The notes under the pieces: model-generated
Told to the model about the DNA's origin: nothing
Databases searched by the model: none
The model's input: the letters and a program-made list of their open reading frames with translations, nothing else
Position numbers and translations under genes: made by a program
DNA from: Amoebidium appalachense
Lineage: Eukaryota > Protista > Ichthyosporea
Direction of reading: 5' to 3'
NCBI GenBank assembly: GCA_963693365.1
Contig: CAVNZM010000005.1
Coordinates: 5,339,167 to 5,403,166 of the forward strand
Length of the DNA: 64,000 bases
Shown here: piece after piece, positions 28,870 through 63,714 of the stretch
How the letters are laid out: every line of letters begins with the position of its first letter
How positions within the stretch are numbered: position 1 is the stretch's first letter

Positions 28870-29420
28870 TCTCCGCCGGCCCACCACCACCACCACAAAC
28901 ACACACACACACACACACACGCACACACTCTAATGGCACACAACACCACCACCATCACCACTCAACCCATTTTGTCGTTCACTAAGCACAAGAATCCCAT
29001 CATCTTATCTGAGGCTCCAACTTACCCCCAACCCTTTTTTTCTTTTTCAGGTACTTCACAGCCATCCCGTGCGCTCCCGACACCTTCAACTGCCCACTTA
29101 TGCCATACATTCCCCTTTTGGGTATTTTGGTAAACGCCATGCTCATGGCCGGCCTGCCAAACAGCGCCTTCCTCCTTATGTTGGTATGGGTCGCCGCTGG
29201 TGTCATGTTATATTTCGCGTACGGATTTTCTCATTCCCGCGGACATTGTGTTGTGCATGGAAAGGTGTTTGGGGATGATGAAGATGAAATTGAGAGCGCA
29301 GGGGATACCGGTTCGAGCGCGTTTGAGCTTACAAAGGGTAAGGGGGATGATCTTGATATTACGTTTACGGACGATCGTGCGATTGCCGATTCGAAGGATG
29401 AACATGGGAAGGAAAAATAG
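22582..29420 (+). CDS. APC-superfamily cationic amino-acid transporter (SLC7/CAT-like), about 592 aa; exons 22582-22870, 23674-24012, 24900-24969, 25937-26129, 26731-26860, 27298-27395, 28304-28593, 29051-29420
   Basis: Exons join in frame (1779 nt). CAT motifs: DLIAYGVGSCVGAGVFV, GPSVCLSF, LSALCYAEFAARLPIAGGAYAY, GELCGWFIGW, PFMPYSFSG, FFSYVGLDAVS..AETKNPQRDIPIG, GQPRIF..MSFDGL, SLGTFISFT, and C-terminal FNCPLMPYIP...LYFAYGFSHS. Confidence 0.93.
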
Positions 29421-29869
29421 GATATCCCCTCTTAGTATAAGTCCTTTTTTGGCTTTCCTTTTTTTTGGGGGGGGGGGGGGGGGTAAGGCGGGGGAGGTGG
29501 GGTGGGTGGGGGGGGGGGGGGGGGGGGGGGTTGTTTCATGTCTGAGATAATGATATAATGTTTGAGACTAAAATATGTGGGGACAAAATGATTCAGTCGC
29601 TAATGAAGGTTTTACAGTAAAATCATCAAGTGTAAGTGGTTTATTTAAGAGAGTTTAGATACGACACATCGAAGTTTAGAGCCATATATGGATACATGTA
29701 GCGATGGATATACAGGGTGTAGATATGTTCAGGCAGGGACCATGGAAATTTCTCTGTGGGGAAGTAATGCCTGATATATCCACCGTTTATAGCCTTTTGA
29801 TAACAGTATGTGGTTATTATAAAATGTTGCTGATATGTCCCGTTTTTCTTTAGAGTCGGCTTACATATA

Positions 29870-30068
29870 CCGTCCGCGAATAAGAACCCCCGCCAATAAG
29901 GTTTCGCCCCCGGCAAAATCGGTTTTTTTTTAAGATTCTGCCCCCCGACAAGTTTTCGGGGTGATCTTATTGGCGGACGGATGAATAGATCATACTGGAT
30001 GGTAAGATTCTGACCCCGACCCTCCAAAAAAATTGGCCACATTTTGGGGGGTTCTTATTCGCGGACGG
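29870..30068. mobile_element. 199-bp MITE (non-autonomous Tc1/mariner-pogo type) with TA target-site duplication
   Basis: Perfect 22-bp TIRs ccgtccgcgaataagaaccccc (29870-29891) and gggggttcttattcgcggacgg (30047-30068), flanked by TA (29868-69, 30069-70). Internal partial TIR tcttattggcggacgg (about 29965) and duplicated taagattctg.ccccgac. Confidence 0.85.
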
Positions 30069-30629
30069 TATCTGTACAACATGCCCCTTCTTACTTTGTT
30101 TTGTGTATTAAAAGTCGGTATATCAACGCTTAGTCAAGGCCGGGAGTCTGGCTTGAAGGCAACAAATATATCCAGCAATAATAATGATCAGAAGTGGGCT
30201 GTTGAGGTTTTCTTCACGAGACCGTGTTGAGGAAAGGGATCCCATGGTGCGTCGTGCTGTAAAAACAGAAAGGGGAGGGGGGGATGGGAGAGGGAGGGGG
30301 TGGTGGGGGGGGGGGGGGGGAGAGCCTATGGCACCTGCCGCCATGGTATTAGTTAGAATGGGCGGCACGTGTTTTGTGCAAAGGTGTGTGTGTGTGTGTG
30401 TGCGCGCGCGCGCGTGTGTGTTGCAGCCTGTGTGTCTGTGTGTGCATGCCCGAACCGTGTAAATTCACCTACTTTTTTTTCTTTTCTAAAGAAATTGGCT
30501 GGTGTGATCACGATGGTAGCGGCTGCCCCACGGAAGGTCAAAAACGGGAGGTTGGCACGAAAAACTATATTAGCTAGCACTAACTAATTTATATATATTA
30601 GGTTCAACCAGCTGACACAACACGCGCGC

Positions 30630-30669
<40 letters not shown>

Positions 30670-31365
30670 CGTTGGACATGCTTCGCTTCGAGGGACTTTC
30701 CTAGGGATTTCTTTGCTTTTCAACTTATCTTCACAACGATTCTTGTTATACTTTGATTTATTTTCGTTGCGATGAGAAATTTGAAAAGATTTTGAAAATA
30801 GGTGGGTTGGTTGGTAGGGGAGATAGTCGCGCGCGCGCGCTCGCACGCACGCACGCACAGGCATGCATACGCATATGCATTCAAAGGCACACACGCGCGC
30901 ACACACACGTGCACACACACTGACTTTCGCGCACACACACACACGCACACACACGCACAGGCGCGCTCGCGTGAGCGCCGCACACGCGCGCCACACGCAT
31001 GTCATAGCTCACACACACACACACTGCCGACACACATGTGCATATGCACAAGCGCGCACGCCGCGCGCCATGAAAACACCGGGTGGCACAGGGGGTGGCA
31101 CAATCATTAGCGCAAATACACAGGTGGCAATGCATTGAACATGTGCGATTCAACCCCAATCCGTGAAACTACATTTTTGAGTGCTCTTGTTTTAAAGTTC
31201 AAACGGTGTCAAACGGCATACACTACATGAAAAAACCAGGCAGTGCACGTGGAAGATCGTATCGGATTTTTTTTGTATTGGTCGGGTCACCGTGGGGTGC
31301 CACGGAAAAGTGAGATGCAGAGGCCCAGCCTGAATTCTGGAGCCCCAAGTTGAACGGGAGTTTAA

Positions 31366-31454
<89 letters not shown>

Positions 31455-31460
31455 ACGCGC

Positions 31461-31531
<71 letters not shown>

Positions 31532-32685
31532 CGCCACGGCGCGTATACGTGCCGGTGTGTGTGTGTTTTTGTTTTTGTTTTTTGGGGGGGGGGGTACTGC
31601 GAACGGTGTTTCAAGGAGGGGGGGGGGGGGGGGGGGGAGGGGGTGGGGCCGGAGCCAGACTGAGGTGGGGGGGGGGGGGGGGGGACTATAAACGGTAGAT
31701 GGCTAGGGAGGGGCTGTGCTCTCTTGCCGCCCTAATGGTTAACTCTGGCTAATTGTATTAAAAAAAAAATCCCCTTTGAAAACAAATGCATCCTCGTTGA
31801 TCCCTCGAAAAATACACACCCCCTCTCCTGCCCGACACGGTCACGGTCGACCATACGATCGAGAGCCTCTGAGGAACGTGGGCGTTACGTGGCTCATAAG
31901 ATCCTTGTTCCTGCGTTTTGATTGGATAGCCTACAGAAATAAATCACACCTGCCAATGAAAGCAGCGTTGCTCGATCTACGCGAAAGCCTTTAAAGCAAA
32001 GACTCTTTCGATGATTTCATGTTGGGTTTTCGCCAGACACAATCATTTGTACTACTGTTAACTATCGATTATAAGCTTTCAAAACTTGTATTGTCACTGT
32101 TTTTACCCTTTATTTTTTTCTGTAGTTCCTCAAGCCCCTTTTATTATTGCGTTCGGGAAGAGAGGCATCATATGCTGTGGAAGCTCCTCCTATGAATGTA
32201 ACGAGGAATGTGACCTCGTCTGAGGCTCATCGAGGATATCTCAGGTCTCCGAGGTAAACAGAAATGTTGAAACGCTGCCGCTAGAGCTGCACAACTTCAA
32301 CCTAGGCCTATTATAGGAATCCTACGGGCTCATGGGAGGCGTGCTTGTTCAAAGAGCTCAATGTTTTCCAACGATCTGTGGCAATTCGATTATCCACGAA
32401 GCCTCTCAAATCTATTATTGCTAAGAGCACCACCCTAAGCAGGAGCACACGGCTAACACACACACACAAACACGCACACACGGTGTCACTTTGAACCAAG
32501 TTCATCGCACACCTCCACGGCATCGGTTCACACACACACAAACACACAAGCCGCACACACACTTACGTCACACATGCATCCATACACGCGCGAAACCAGT
32601 GGCAGCAACATGGGCAAGAAACCGACCATCAAAGGCACACGCTCCTCCTCCGCCTTTGATCTACCTCTTGCTGCCAGCGAAGAAC

Positions 32686-33186
32686 ATGGGCGTGATGAGG
32701 ACGTTTTCTGCGCAAACCGAGGGCAAGGATGAGCTCAGACCGGGCGTGGTCCCTGCACCACATTTCGACATTCCGGCCAAGTTCACGGTGGATTTGAAAC
32801 AGAAGTCAAAGAGCGGGAAACTCGGTTCAAGCTTTACCAGTTCAAATTACTTCAAGAAGATGAGGGTTTCCCCGGCACAAGCACTAAGCACTTCCCCCCA
32901 GGCACAACACCATGGAGGGCACATTTCACATGCTGCCTCTATGCCAGCCATCTATCAGTCACAACCTTTCGTCAGGGCGGAAAGGCCGAAAAAACTAGAC
33001 CTCAACACGAAGGAATTGGAGTACGAGGGACTCCAGGGGGAGGCTGTGAGCGTGTGTATACGCCTGTTGCCGGAGGGGCAGGTTCGGGGGCTGAGGCATA
33101 ACAACATTACATGGATGCACGAGAGGTTGAAGGACATGGGATTAGACCCGCTCTCTATCGAAAATGCTGGAGTGGTGGAGGCATAA
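32686..33186 (+). CDS. Hypothetical protein, about 166 aa from ATG 32686; may be the last exon of a longer gene (acceptor at 32677)
   Basis: Non-repetitive part of ORF 32491-33186 (MGVMRTFSAQTEGKDEL...MGLDPLSIENAGVVEA*). Preceded by pyrimidine tract plus CAG and an upstream donor GAG|GTAAAC at 32254 (likely UTR intron); CCAAT motifs near 31920-31955. No family recognised. Confidence 0.5.
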   Translation: MGVMRTFSAQTEGKDELRPGVVPAPHFDIPAKFTVDLKQKSKSGKLGSSFTSSNYFKKMRVSPAQALSTSPQAQHHGGHISHAASMPAIYQSQPFVRAERPKKLDLNTKELEYEGLQGEAVSVCIRLLPEGQVRGLRHNNITWMHERLKDMGLDPLSIENAGVVEA

Positions 33187-35025
33187 AAGTATTGAGAAAG
33201 ACGGTTTAGTAGGATGCATAAAGGGGAGGACGGGAGGGGGGCGGGGGCAGTTAGCTCGCACATTCGTGAGTGTGCAAAAGGGTTTGCTTCAACATGATCA
33301 TTATGGGACCGTGTGAGTTTCCGTTTTTCGATAGCCAAATGTCTCGCGCGTTTAAATAATTTGTAGCCTATTTCGCAATCTTTTTTTAGGGAGTGCGAAA
33401 AACTTGGAATGTTCTTCCACCAGGACAATGCGATCTGGGTGCTAGGGTAAAAAGGAGATCGTGGCATGCCGGAAGCATGGATTTGTAGATTCAGAGCCAT
33501 AAATAGGATCATTTAATAGGGACCATTTTGTAGTAAGTAATAATAATATGTTTGGAGGTGCCTAACCACACACAACTAAGGCGATTCGTGGTGAAATGGT
33601 GTGCAAGAATGCACAAGTAATCGAACACACGAATGTTGGACACTGATACACGTCTAAAATTGCACCAACATTCATGTGTTCGATTACTTGTGCATTCTTG
33701 CACACCATTTCACCACACGGACACTGATACACGTGTAAACTTGCACCGTGTGTTGGCTTGCGCTAGGGCGCATGGCGGCATGGACACGCACAAACACGAA
33801 AACACATGCACATGCATGCACGAACACGAAAACACATGAACACACACACACATGCAACACACACAACACACACACAAACACCCCACACACACACACACAC
33901 ATACAATCACACAATAACGCACCACACACCGCACGATAATGCTGTGACGAACACGTTCACGCACTCATGCAATCACGCGCACGGGCAAAAGACCTCGCCC
34001 AGTGCGTAGATGCAGGCTGGCAAACAAACATAGTGTGGGCCAGGCGGCGCAGGGGGGGGGGGGGGGGGGGGGGGAGGAGGGTGTTGTCCGGGGGAGGGCG
34101 GGAAGGGGGGGGAGGGGGGGGGGGGGGGGTAATGTTTTCGCCTCAAGGAATGGGTGCCAGCTCAAGAGTGCACGCATGTATGACTACCAAGTTCTCGAAT
34201 CGCGAAATGACTACATAGTCACACGTGCACAGTTATTCGTGTACACGGAATGGATCAGTTATAATAAAGGCATGTGGCTTAGAGCTTGCCAAATATCAAT
34301 TCTTTAAAATTTTGGTTTTGGACGTCGGTGTTTGATAATAAAAACATAGTTTTTAAGTTACCTGGTGGTTAGCTAACCCATTGCCTGGGATGTGTTTTTT
34401 CTTTGTCAAAAAGCATCGGTCTGCTTTCTGTATATGTGTGTGTGTGTGTGCGCGTGTGTTTGGACCGCATTTTGTGTGCATGAGTAAATTGTGTGAACCA
34501 TGTGTGTATGCTTGAGCACGTGTTTAGCTGTCTAGGTGGCATCACGCTGGTACCACAGTAAATAATTGAAATATGGTTCTGCCTTTCCCTCCCCGTCGCC
34601 TTCCCCACCTCTTCGGAAACCCCCTCCCCCCCCCCCCCCCCTCCCCCCATCACCACCACCCCACCCCGCCCCCACCCCACCCACCCACCCCTCTCCTGAT
34701 GATGGGCTTTACTTACGATGAATGCAAACGTTTGTGCATGCATACTCATTGTGTGTGCTTTGCAAAAGCTCAAAAGCAGCATGGTGGTGTTCTCAGATTC
34801 GTCAAAGTCAATGTTACAGTATACTTGGTACGCTGTCATGCATTTTATCCCCCCCCCCCCCCCCCCCCCCCTCTCCCCCCCCTCCCCCCCCAAAAAACAC
34901 ACACATGTACACACACACACACACACACACAGTCACTCGTTCGAATGTGTGCGTCCAAGTGCGTTTGTGCGTGCGCATGCGCACATGTGTGGGTGTGTGC
35001 GAGCACGTGTCGTGAGCGCACGCGC

Positions 35026-35073
<48 letters not shown>

Positions 35074-35751
35074 ACATACTAGCAACCACGCACGGTTGTG
35101 CACACGCTTCACCTGACAGTACCTCATGTCGATAAAGCTATAAAACAGTTACTATTGGGCATCCACCAAATAACCCCCAAAAATCGCGTCTAACTAATCG
35201 TAAGAATATCTTAGCGACTTTCATAGTCACCGTGATTCATTCCCTTTTTTTCTCGTCTTTTTTGGTTGAAATGAACAAGTACCGATAAGGATCCAAAGTG
35301 AAGAATCGCTGGCACATTCTCCCTGGCATGCATGCTATTTATAGGCCACCAGGTTCTTGGAGTCTTTCGGTGTTTTCAGGATTAGAATGGCAAAAACAAA
35401 ACACCCGATTTAAGCACCGGATCAATATTTACAGCACATATAGCACATCCCCACGTGCCCCCCCCTTCCCCTCGCTTTCCGGGCCCCTGTCTTTCCTTTA
35501 TCATCAAGTCATTAAGTTGACGGTCAGTTGTTCACCAGTAACTGTCAACATTTTTGTTCAGATTCCATCATGTACTCATGTGTGTTGATTCTGAAACCTT
35601 TGAGAGCCTGACCCCCTCCCCTGAGTCCCCCCTCCCCCCCCCCTTTTTTGGACCCCTCCCCCCTACCCCCCCTTCCCCCCTCATTCTTACCAACAACAAA
35701 AGTAGTGCCCCGGGTTGAATTTCGACTAAGCAGTCGAACGAACCGATGATT

Positions 35752-35813
<62 letters not shown>

Positions 35814-36050
35814 TTCGATAGTCACTGTGCACTTGACACTAGAGAGATGGAAAGCAGAGAGATCGAGGGTTGGGTGGGGTCTATAGTAGTTACAGCACAA
35901 GAAAAAAATATGTCTCTGAAACTTCATGAAAAAGGTACTAGAAATGCACCAGTGATGGGTCTTCACCTGATGGAGCAACACTACCAGACGCCGATCCCAC
36001 CACCCCCCCCCCCCCCCCCCCCCCCCCCCTCCCCCTTTCCCCCCTCCTCC

Positions 36051-36082
<32 letters not shown>

Positions 36083-36087
36083 TTCTC

Positions 36088-36121
<34 letters not shown>

Positions 36122-37110
36122 AAAAAAAGAAAGAAAAACTGTGACCACCACCTACGTCTCTCAGTCATACAAACACGAGAGGGGGAGCATAAAAAAAAAC
36201 CACAAAAACAAGCACGAGGACAACAAATGATAAAGCTAGAGACTTAGTTGACTGAGAGAGGGAAAGGAGGAGGGGGAAGGGGGAGGGAGGGGGGGAGAGA
36301 GAGAGAGGGAGAGAAAGAGGGGGGGGGGGGGGGAGGGGGAGGGGCTCGGAGGGAGGGAGGGAGGGAGGGAAGGAGGGAGGGAGGGGGGAGGGGGGAGGGA
36401 GAGAGGGAGGGAGAGTTGAAGAGCCATGGCCGGGAAAGGAGGGGGACGGGTGGGGTAGAGGAAAGTGTGTGCATCCAGGCTACACCCACCATCATCCGTG
36501 TTTAATTTACCGGACATGTATGTGGGGATTGGTTTTCCATTACGATTGCAGCTGTATATATACATGGGGTCACCACTTAAGCGCATTAATCGCTGAGTTC
36601 TACAAAACCTGAACCGGTAATAATAGACGCATGCCAGTTGTTTATCAGTCCTACTTTATACCGTAATAAGAATATAAACAACCATCCACGGTTACCGTGA
36701 GACAGTTTATTAACAAAAACATATACTAATCTAATCTAGCTCAAGCTTTTATACACTCGTGAAGAATTTATGCTACAGTTTCAAAGGCTGTGAAATACAG
36801 TTTTGATGCTATCTATACATTTACGGTACTAAATTATCTATACAACATTACTTGGACCATATTTTGAATCGGAGTCTCGCAACAGTTCTAATTCTCGCAG
36901 TCCACCTATGTATCATTGGAATCTCAGTGACTATATATCTAACTCAGGCAAATTCATCAAAAATAGGAAAGAATTTCCATATTTGCGAATCTCAGCACAA
37001 GATTGGGGCCGTCCTACGGTTTCTTTGTAACTGTCCGTAATCATGACATCTAACGGTTAAGGTAGACACGAACGTCATTTCTAAACCTTAAAGCACACAC
37101 ACCACAGCCC

Positions 37111-45121
<8,011 letters not shown>

Positions 45122-46010
45122 GTTTCCGCTGGCACAAATAGGTGAATGGTAGAAACTGGTGTTCCCTTTACGACGACAGCAGTGTTTTGTTTACTTCATG
45201 GAATGCGCCAGCATTATGAGCGCCAATTGGAATACGGTATGAACAAATTAGGTTCACCAATCGGAACGCGGATCTTGATGTATCGAATCATTTTGAATTG
45301 CGAATCAGCAAATAATAGCGCGCCCCAAAACGAATGTTTTTCAGAACTACTATATTTAATTTTATTCTATATTTGCTATTCTGGAAATTTATGCCACAGT
45401 GTGGTTGGAGTCATCATGAGTGTTAATATATCGGCCTACCTGAGGGCCAGTGGAGGCTGCCGCCTGCGGCCCCTGGCCGCTCGAGCCTGCCGGCGAGATT
45501 TGATTGGTTGTATGCCCTTCCTTTTGCAATCGGCGGTATTATCGGCCAGGGTCACAGTTGGCGAGTCGATATTGCGAATGGCGACGTTGCAGCTGCGCGT
45601 ACAAACGTTTGTAAGTACTAACAAAAAAAATAGTACCTACGTTAATATATTGATCACGGTAACCTGTAACGCCAGGCGATACCTCTACAGATAGAAACCA
45701 ATAATAATAATAATATCAGAGCGGTTATATTTCTTGCAGAATACAGTGGATAAAGAGTTCAAGTGTTTGCGATCACCACATTTTGGCAATCATGATCACA
45801 ACATATTCACAACTGAAATCCTGCCGTGCGATTGGCGCACAAATTTTTAATGATTGGATCCCTAAAAGAAAATAAAGTCGTAAAGTCAACCCCCCAAACC
45901 TTTCTATCAAGAAATAAATCCAGTCAAAAGAAAAAGAAAAAAAAATTCAGTCAAAAGAAAAAACTTCGTTCAATCTGAGTGATTTGTTCCACATGGAATT
46001 TGATCCAAGT

Positions 46011-47707
<1,697 letters not shown>

Positions 47708-47985
47708 TTTTACCCTTGATTTCTTTATCAGAACGAGAAAGAAACTTATAGGCGTATGATAATGCTATCTGATTTCAGTCACCCTCTGTATCTGGCAGCA
47801 CTTATGTTGACTGATGCCATCCTCCCGGTTTCTCTCCTCTGTTCCTATTTGATATTTGGCACGGAGTTCGCATCCCCTTGCTCTTCAGATTCACTATTAC
47901 CTTGAAATTCGAAACCCCAGCTTAGTGCAAGTTGCAGTTAGGCTATTCCTTGTGATATCTGTAATGTCACTCACAAATCCACTTC

Positions 47986-48019
<34 letters not shown>

Positions 48020-48333
48020 GCGCCCGCAATCCCCACATACCTTCACCTCTTCCCTACCCACTCCCCTTGCCGTACCCCCTCCCCACAACCCCTTCTATTA
48101 AGTCGACAGTGTGTTTGTCGCAATGTCCTTGCTTGACTCTTTATGGAGACAACCTTATGCATGTTTTTTTCTTTGCGCTATCCATCCCACACCCTATAGC
48201 TATACAGATGTGTACGGTCCTAAGTCATGCTTCTTGTAACACGAGGCATTAAAAAAGCCGAAGCATGCTCGTGCTCTAACCTCTCTCCCTCCGGCCCCTC
48301 GCTCCCTCCCTCCCTCCCGCCCTCCCTCCCTCC

Positions 48334-48376
<43 letters not shown>

Positions 48377-48416
48377 CCCCCCCCCCCCCCCCCCTCCCCT
48401 CCCCTCCTCCCTCCAG

Positions 48417-52613
<4,197 letters not shown>

Positions 52614-54729
52614 GAATTATGTGTGTGTCTGATGCATCCGTTAAAGGCAACTCCCAATAGCAACCCTTGACAAGATCTAGAAGTACAGCTGGAAAAGGGG
52701 GTTTAAGTTAGAAAAGCCCCCCCCCCCCCCCTTTTTTTTTCCCCCCCCCGGGTGAAGGCCGAAATGGAACCCTGTACACTACTCAAACTGCAGCACGTTG
52801 CTTAGATGCTTGAGCAGTTTAATGATGTTAGCTGAACCTACACCGTAAAGTAATTTCTAGATTGGGTGCAAAGAGTTGGTGCAAGCAGATTTGACAGTCA
52901 TGTAATTATGTACATATGTAATATAAGATCAGTAGGCAAAGATTACTAAATATTATGTAAAGACTCGGATCCTCTGGCTCGTTACTGTATATAAACTTAA
53001 CCTGCACACACAATCGTTAAGGTTCGAAGTACGCCTGTAAATATAAGTAAATGAATAAACCATCACTCGGTGGCATCGATGAACATGATTCTTTTGATGG
53101 CTGAAACCGTCGACAGATGTTGTAAACGCACGACCCTATAGGCAAACGGCATGCAAACAAAGTTGCACTTGCAACACACACACACACACAAATGGCTAAT
53201 TGGCATATCACAGGATAGTTACTGTGGTGGCACGCGTGCACGTGCACTCACGCACAACCCCCCCCCCCCCCCTCCCTCCCAACACGCCTCCACCCACACC
53301 CACCCACCCACCCACCCACACAAACACTGGACTTGCGCTTTATTCTCCTAATCTAAGTCAACCACACGGTCGTGGATAGCGACGTCACAGTTACAGTATG
53401 TGATGTGTCAGAGCATCACAAAATGTCACACACACACTGGACATATGCATGTGCAGGGTCACACACAATGAAGCCCACATCATTGATACAGGTGAGCTGT
53501 AGGGCCGGATCAATGTCACGAACACGAATACGACTTATAAGGCTTTCTTATTTCTGAAAAGGGTGTGGGGGGCAGGGAGGGGGGGGGAGGGGGGAGGGTT
53601 GGTGGGGAGGGGGGGGGGGGGGTACCAGGGAGATTTGCAGCTTTTTACTGAAGGGGCTGTTGGGGAGGGAGGGGGGCGAGGAGGGAAGTAGAAAATACCC
53701 CCTGGTGGTCCCTCCTCCCCTGCCCCTGCAGGGCAGCTCAACTCCTCCCCCCCCCCCCCCCCCCTTCCCTTCCCCCTTTAGGAAGAGCCCAGGGGGGAAG
53801 GGGGAGGGGGCGGGGGGAGGGGGGGGGGGGGGAGGGGGGGGATATCAAATCCCTCCTGTTGGTCCCTCTCCCTCTCCTCCTGGCTTCCTGGAGGGCAACT
53901 CGCTGCTCTAGGGGGAAGGGGGGGGGGGGGGGGGGGGAGGGGGCGCACACCACCTCCCCAAGCTCATAGTATTAGGGGTGGGTGGGTGGTGGGGAGGAGG
54001 GGGGAGGGGGGGCGGGGAGGGAGGGGGGGGGGGGGGGGGTTGCACACCCACTACCTCCCCGAAGGGAGGGGAGAGGTAGGCCGGGGGGAGGGGGGGGGGG
54101 GGGAGGAGCCACCTGCGGGAAGGCAGGGTTGGTGGGGTGGTGGGTTCCTTCTCCCTCCCTCCCCCCCCCCCCCCCCCTCCCGTCCCCCCCTTCTCCTCCG
54201 TGGCTCGCTCCTGCGCATCTCTGAGTTTCCAACCCCCGCCCACCGACTTCTTACCCTCTTTCCGATCAACGCCTCGAATTATGTTTTACGACACGTTATC
54301 GTGTTGGTCAATGTGCGTGTGTGCGCGTGCGTGCGCGCGTGCGTGTGCGTTTGTGTGTGTGTGTATGTATGTGTGAGTGTTTGTGCGCGCGCGCACGTGT
54401 GTGTGTGTGTGTGTGTGTCTGTGTATGTGTGTGTGTGTGTGTGTGTGTGTCACGTGTGTGCGCGGGCGTGCGTGCGTGTGTGTGCGCGTGTGCGTGCGTG
54501 TGTGCACGTGTGTGTGCGTGTGCCAAATGTGCAGACAAACAACGTGGTGTTCTCATAAATACACCTTCCTCTGAGGTACCATGTGGCATACCAAAAAACT
54601 GTCACATCCTGAATCTGGAGAAGGAGGAGGTGGAGGGGGGGGGGGACGGGGCTTTCCTTCCTTCAAAATGGCTCAACTAAACTCAACTAATCAAGAAATG
54701 GGCAAACGAAGCTTCAGTGGGTCCCCCGG

Positions 54730-55365
54730 GATTGCGCAATCGCGCCAAAAGCAACCATTCGCACCAATCATGCTTGAGTTTTTCAGTGGCCAATCAAATT
54801 GCTTTATTTACATTTTGGCGCGCTTTTGCATCTATCCGAGACCTCACACACCAGTCGACGTCCCAGGGCAAAAACCTTTTGTATTCGCGGAAGCCCCTCT
54901 CACATGACGATCAGACGATCATACGCATTTAGTAACATGTGATGCATAAAAAAAGTTTTATTGGATACATTATAGAAATAGTTAGGCGTGGCGCAGGTTT
55001 TCTTACCCTTTTCAGGCGTTATCCGATTACGTACTTGAGGAAGAACTGAGTGGAGGGAGTTGTTACCGTCTCCCTATACACATTTCTTATACATGAAAAC
55101 AAGCACATACCATAGAATAAAATATAATATTTCTTATAAAAGCAGGCACGAGGTTCTACATTTTCTTGTGTTTTGCGCAATTGAGATTAGCCCTTTAGGG
55201 CTGGTGTTATTGGAAACACAATTTGAAAAACCTACACAGAGCTTCCACACAATCTAAAGTTTTTGGTTTGTTGCTTGCCAAGGGGAAAGGAAGAGAGCTC
55301 ATTGTTTCCTGTGCAGAATAATTATTCCCCAAAAGATTTCTGGACAGATTGGCCTCTCAGGTAAG
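54730..55365 (+). promoter_or_regulatory. Putative TLK promoter and 5'UTR exon: C/EBP palindrome, two E2F-type sites, CCAAT boxes
   Basis: ATTGCGCAAT at 54731-54740; CGCGCCAAAA at 54741-54750 and TTTTGGCGCG at 54813-54822; CCAAT at 54764 and 54790; donor CAG|GTAAGC at 55361, plausibly pairing with acceptor CACAG at 56306. Confidence 0.5.
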
Positions 55366-55409
55366 CGTTCGAGGTCTTAGAAACGTGACATCCTGGTTCC
55401 AAGTTGATT

Positions 55410-55442
<33 letters not shown>

Positions 55443-55860
55443 TTCCCCCCTCCCCCCCCCCGCCCCCCCCCCCCCCCCCCCAACCTTCACTTCCCCTTAG
55501 CTACTTTCTACCCACCTTGCACGCACCGTGCCCACCTCCCATGCACATCGGCATCCAAAACTCCTTTACGTCTGTACCCCCCTCCCCCCCTCCCCCCCCC
55601 CCCCCCCCTTCCCTTCCGTTTCTTCTTTCCCTTCCCTTCTCTCCTTTTTCTTTCCTCGCCACACACACATACACACACATACTGGACAAGCAAACACATG
55701 CTTTCACCTTTGGCTGCCCTCTTTGGACTACAAGCTCAGGTCCACATTAACATGCATAGTACAGAGACAAACAAAGGACCAGCAATCACACAATTCCACC
55801 CCTCGGACAAACACACATACACAAACAAAAGCCCCTCGCACCTCCCCTCCCCACTCTCCC

Positions 55861-55899
<39 letters not shown>

Positions 55900-56039
55900 C
55901 CCCCCCCCCCCCCCCCCGCCCCCTCCCAACCCCCCCCCTGCCTGCCTTGCCTCCCGTCCTCACACACACGCACACGCACATGCACACGCACACGCACACG
56001 CACACGCACACGCACACGCACACGCACACGCACACGCAC

Positions 56040-56070
<31 letters not shown>

Positions 56071-56122
56071 AACACACACACACACTCACACACACGGCAC
56101 ACAAACACACACACACAGGCAC

Positions 56123-56185
<63 letters not shown>

Positions 56186-56205
56186 CGCACACACACACAC
56201 ACACA

Positions 56206-56241
<36 letters not shown>

Positions 56242-56274
56242 CACACGCACACACGCACACACGCACACACGCAC

Positions 56275-56305
<31 letters not shown>

Positions 56306-56329
56306 GACGGGACACACCCAGCCACACAC

Positions 56330-63714
<7,385 letters not shown>

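Noticed and set aside
33637-33747. Direct repeat ggacactgatacacgt.taaa.ttgcacc, two copies
   Set aside because: Simple local duplication; no array, TSD or LTR features.
45146-45694. 182-aa ORF as the missing 5' part of subtilisin B
   Set aside because: No signal peptide or propeptide similarity; it overlaps the CCAAT-containing upstream region of copy A.
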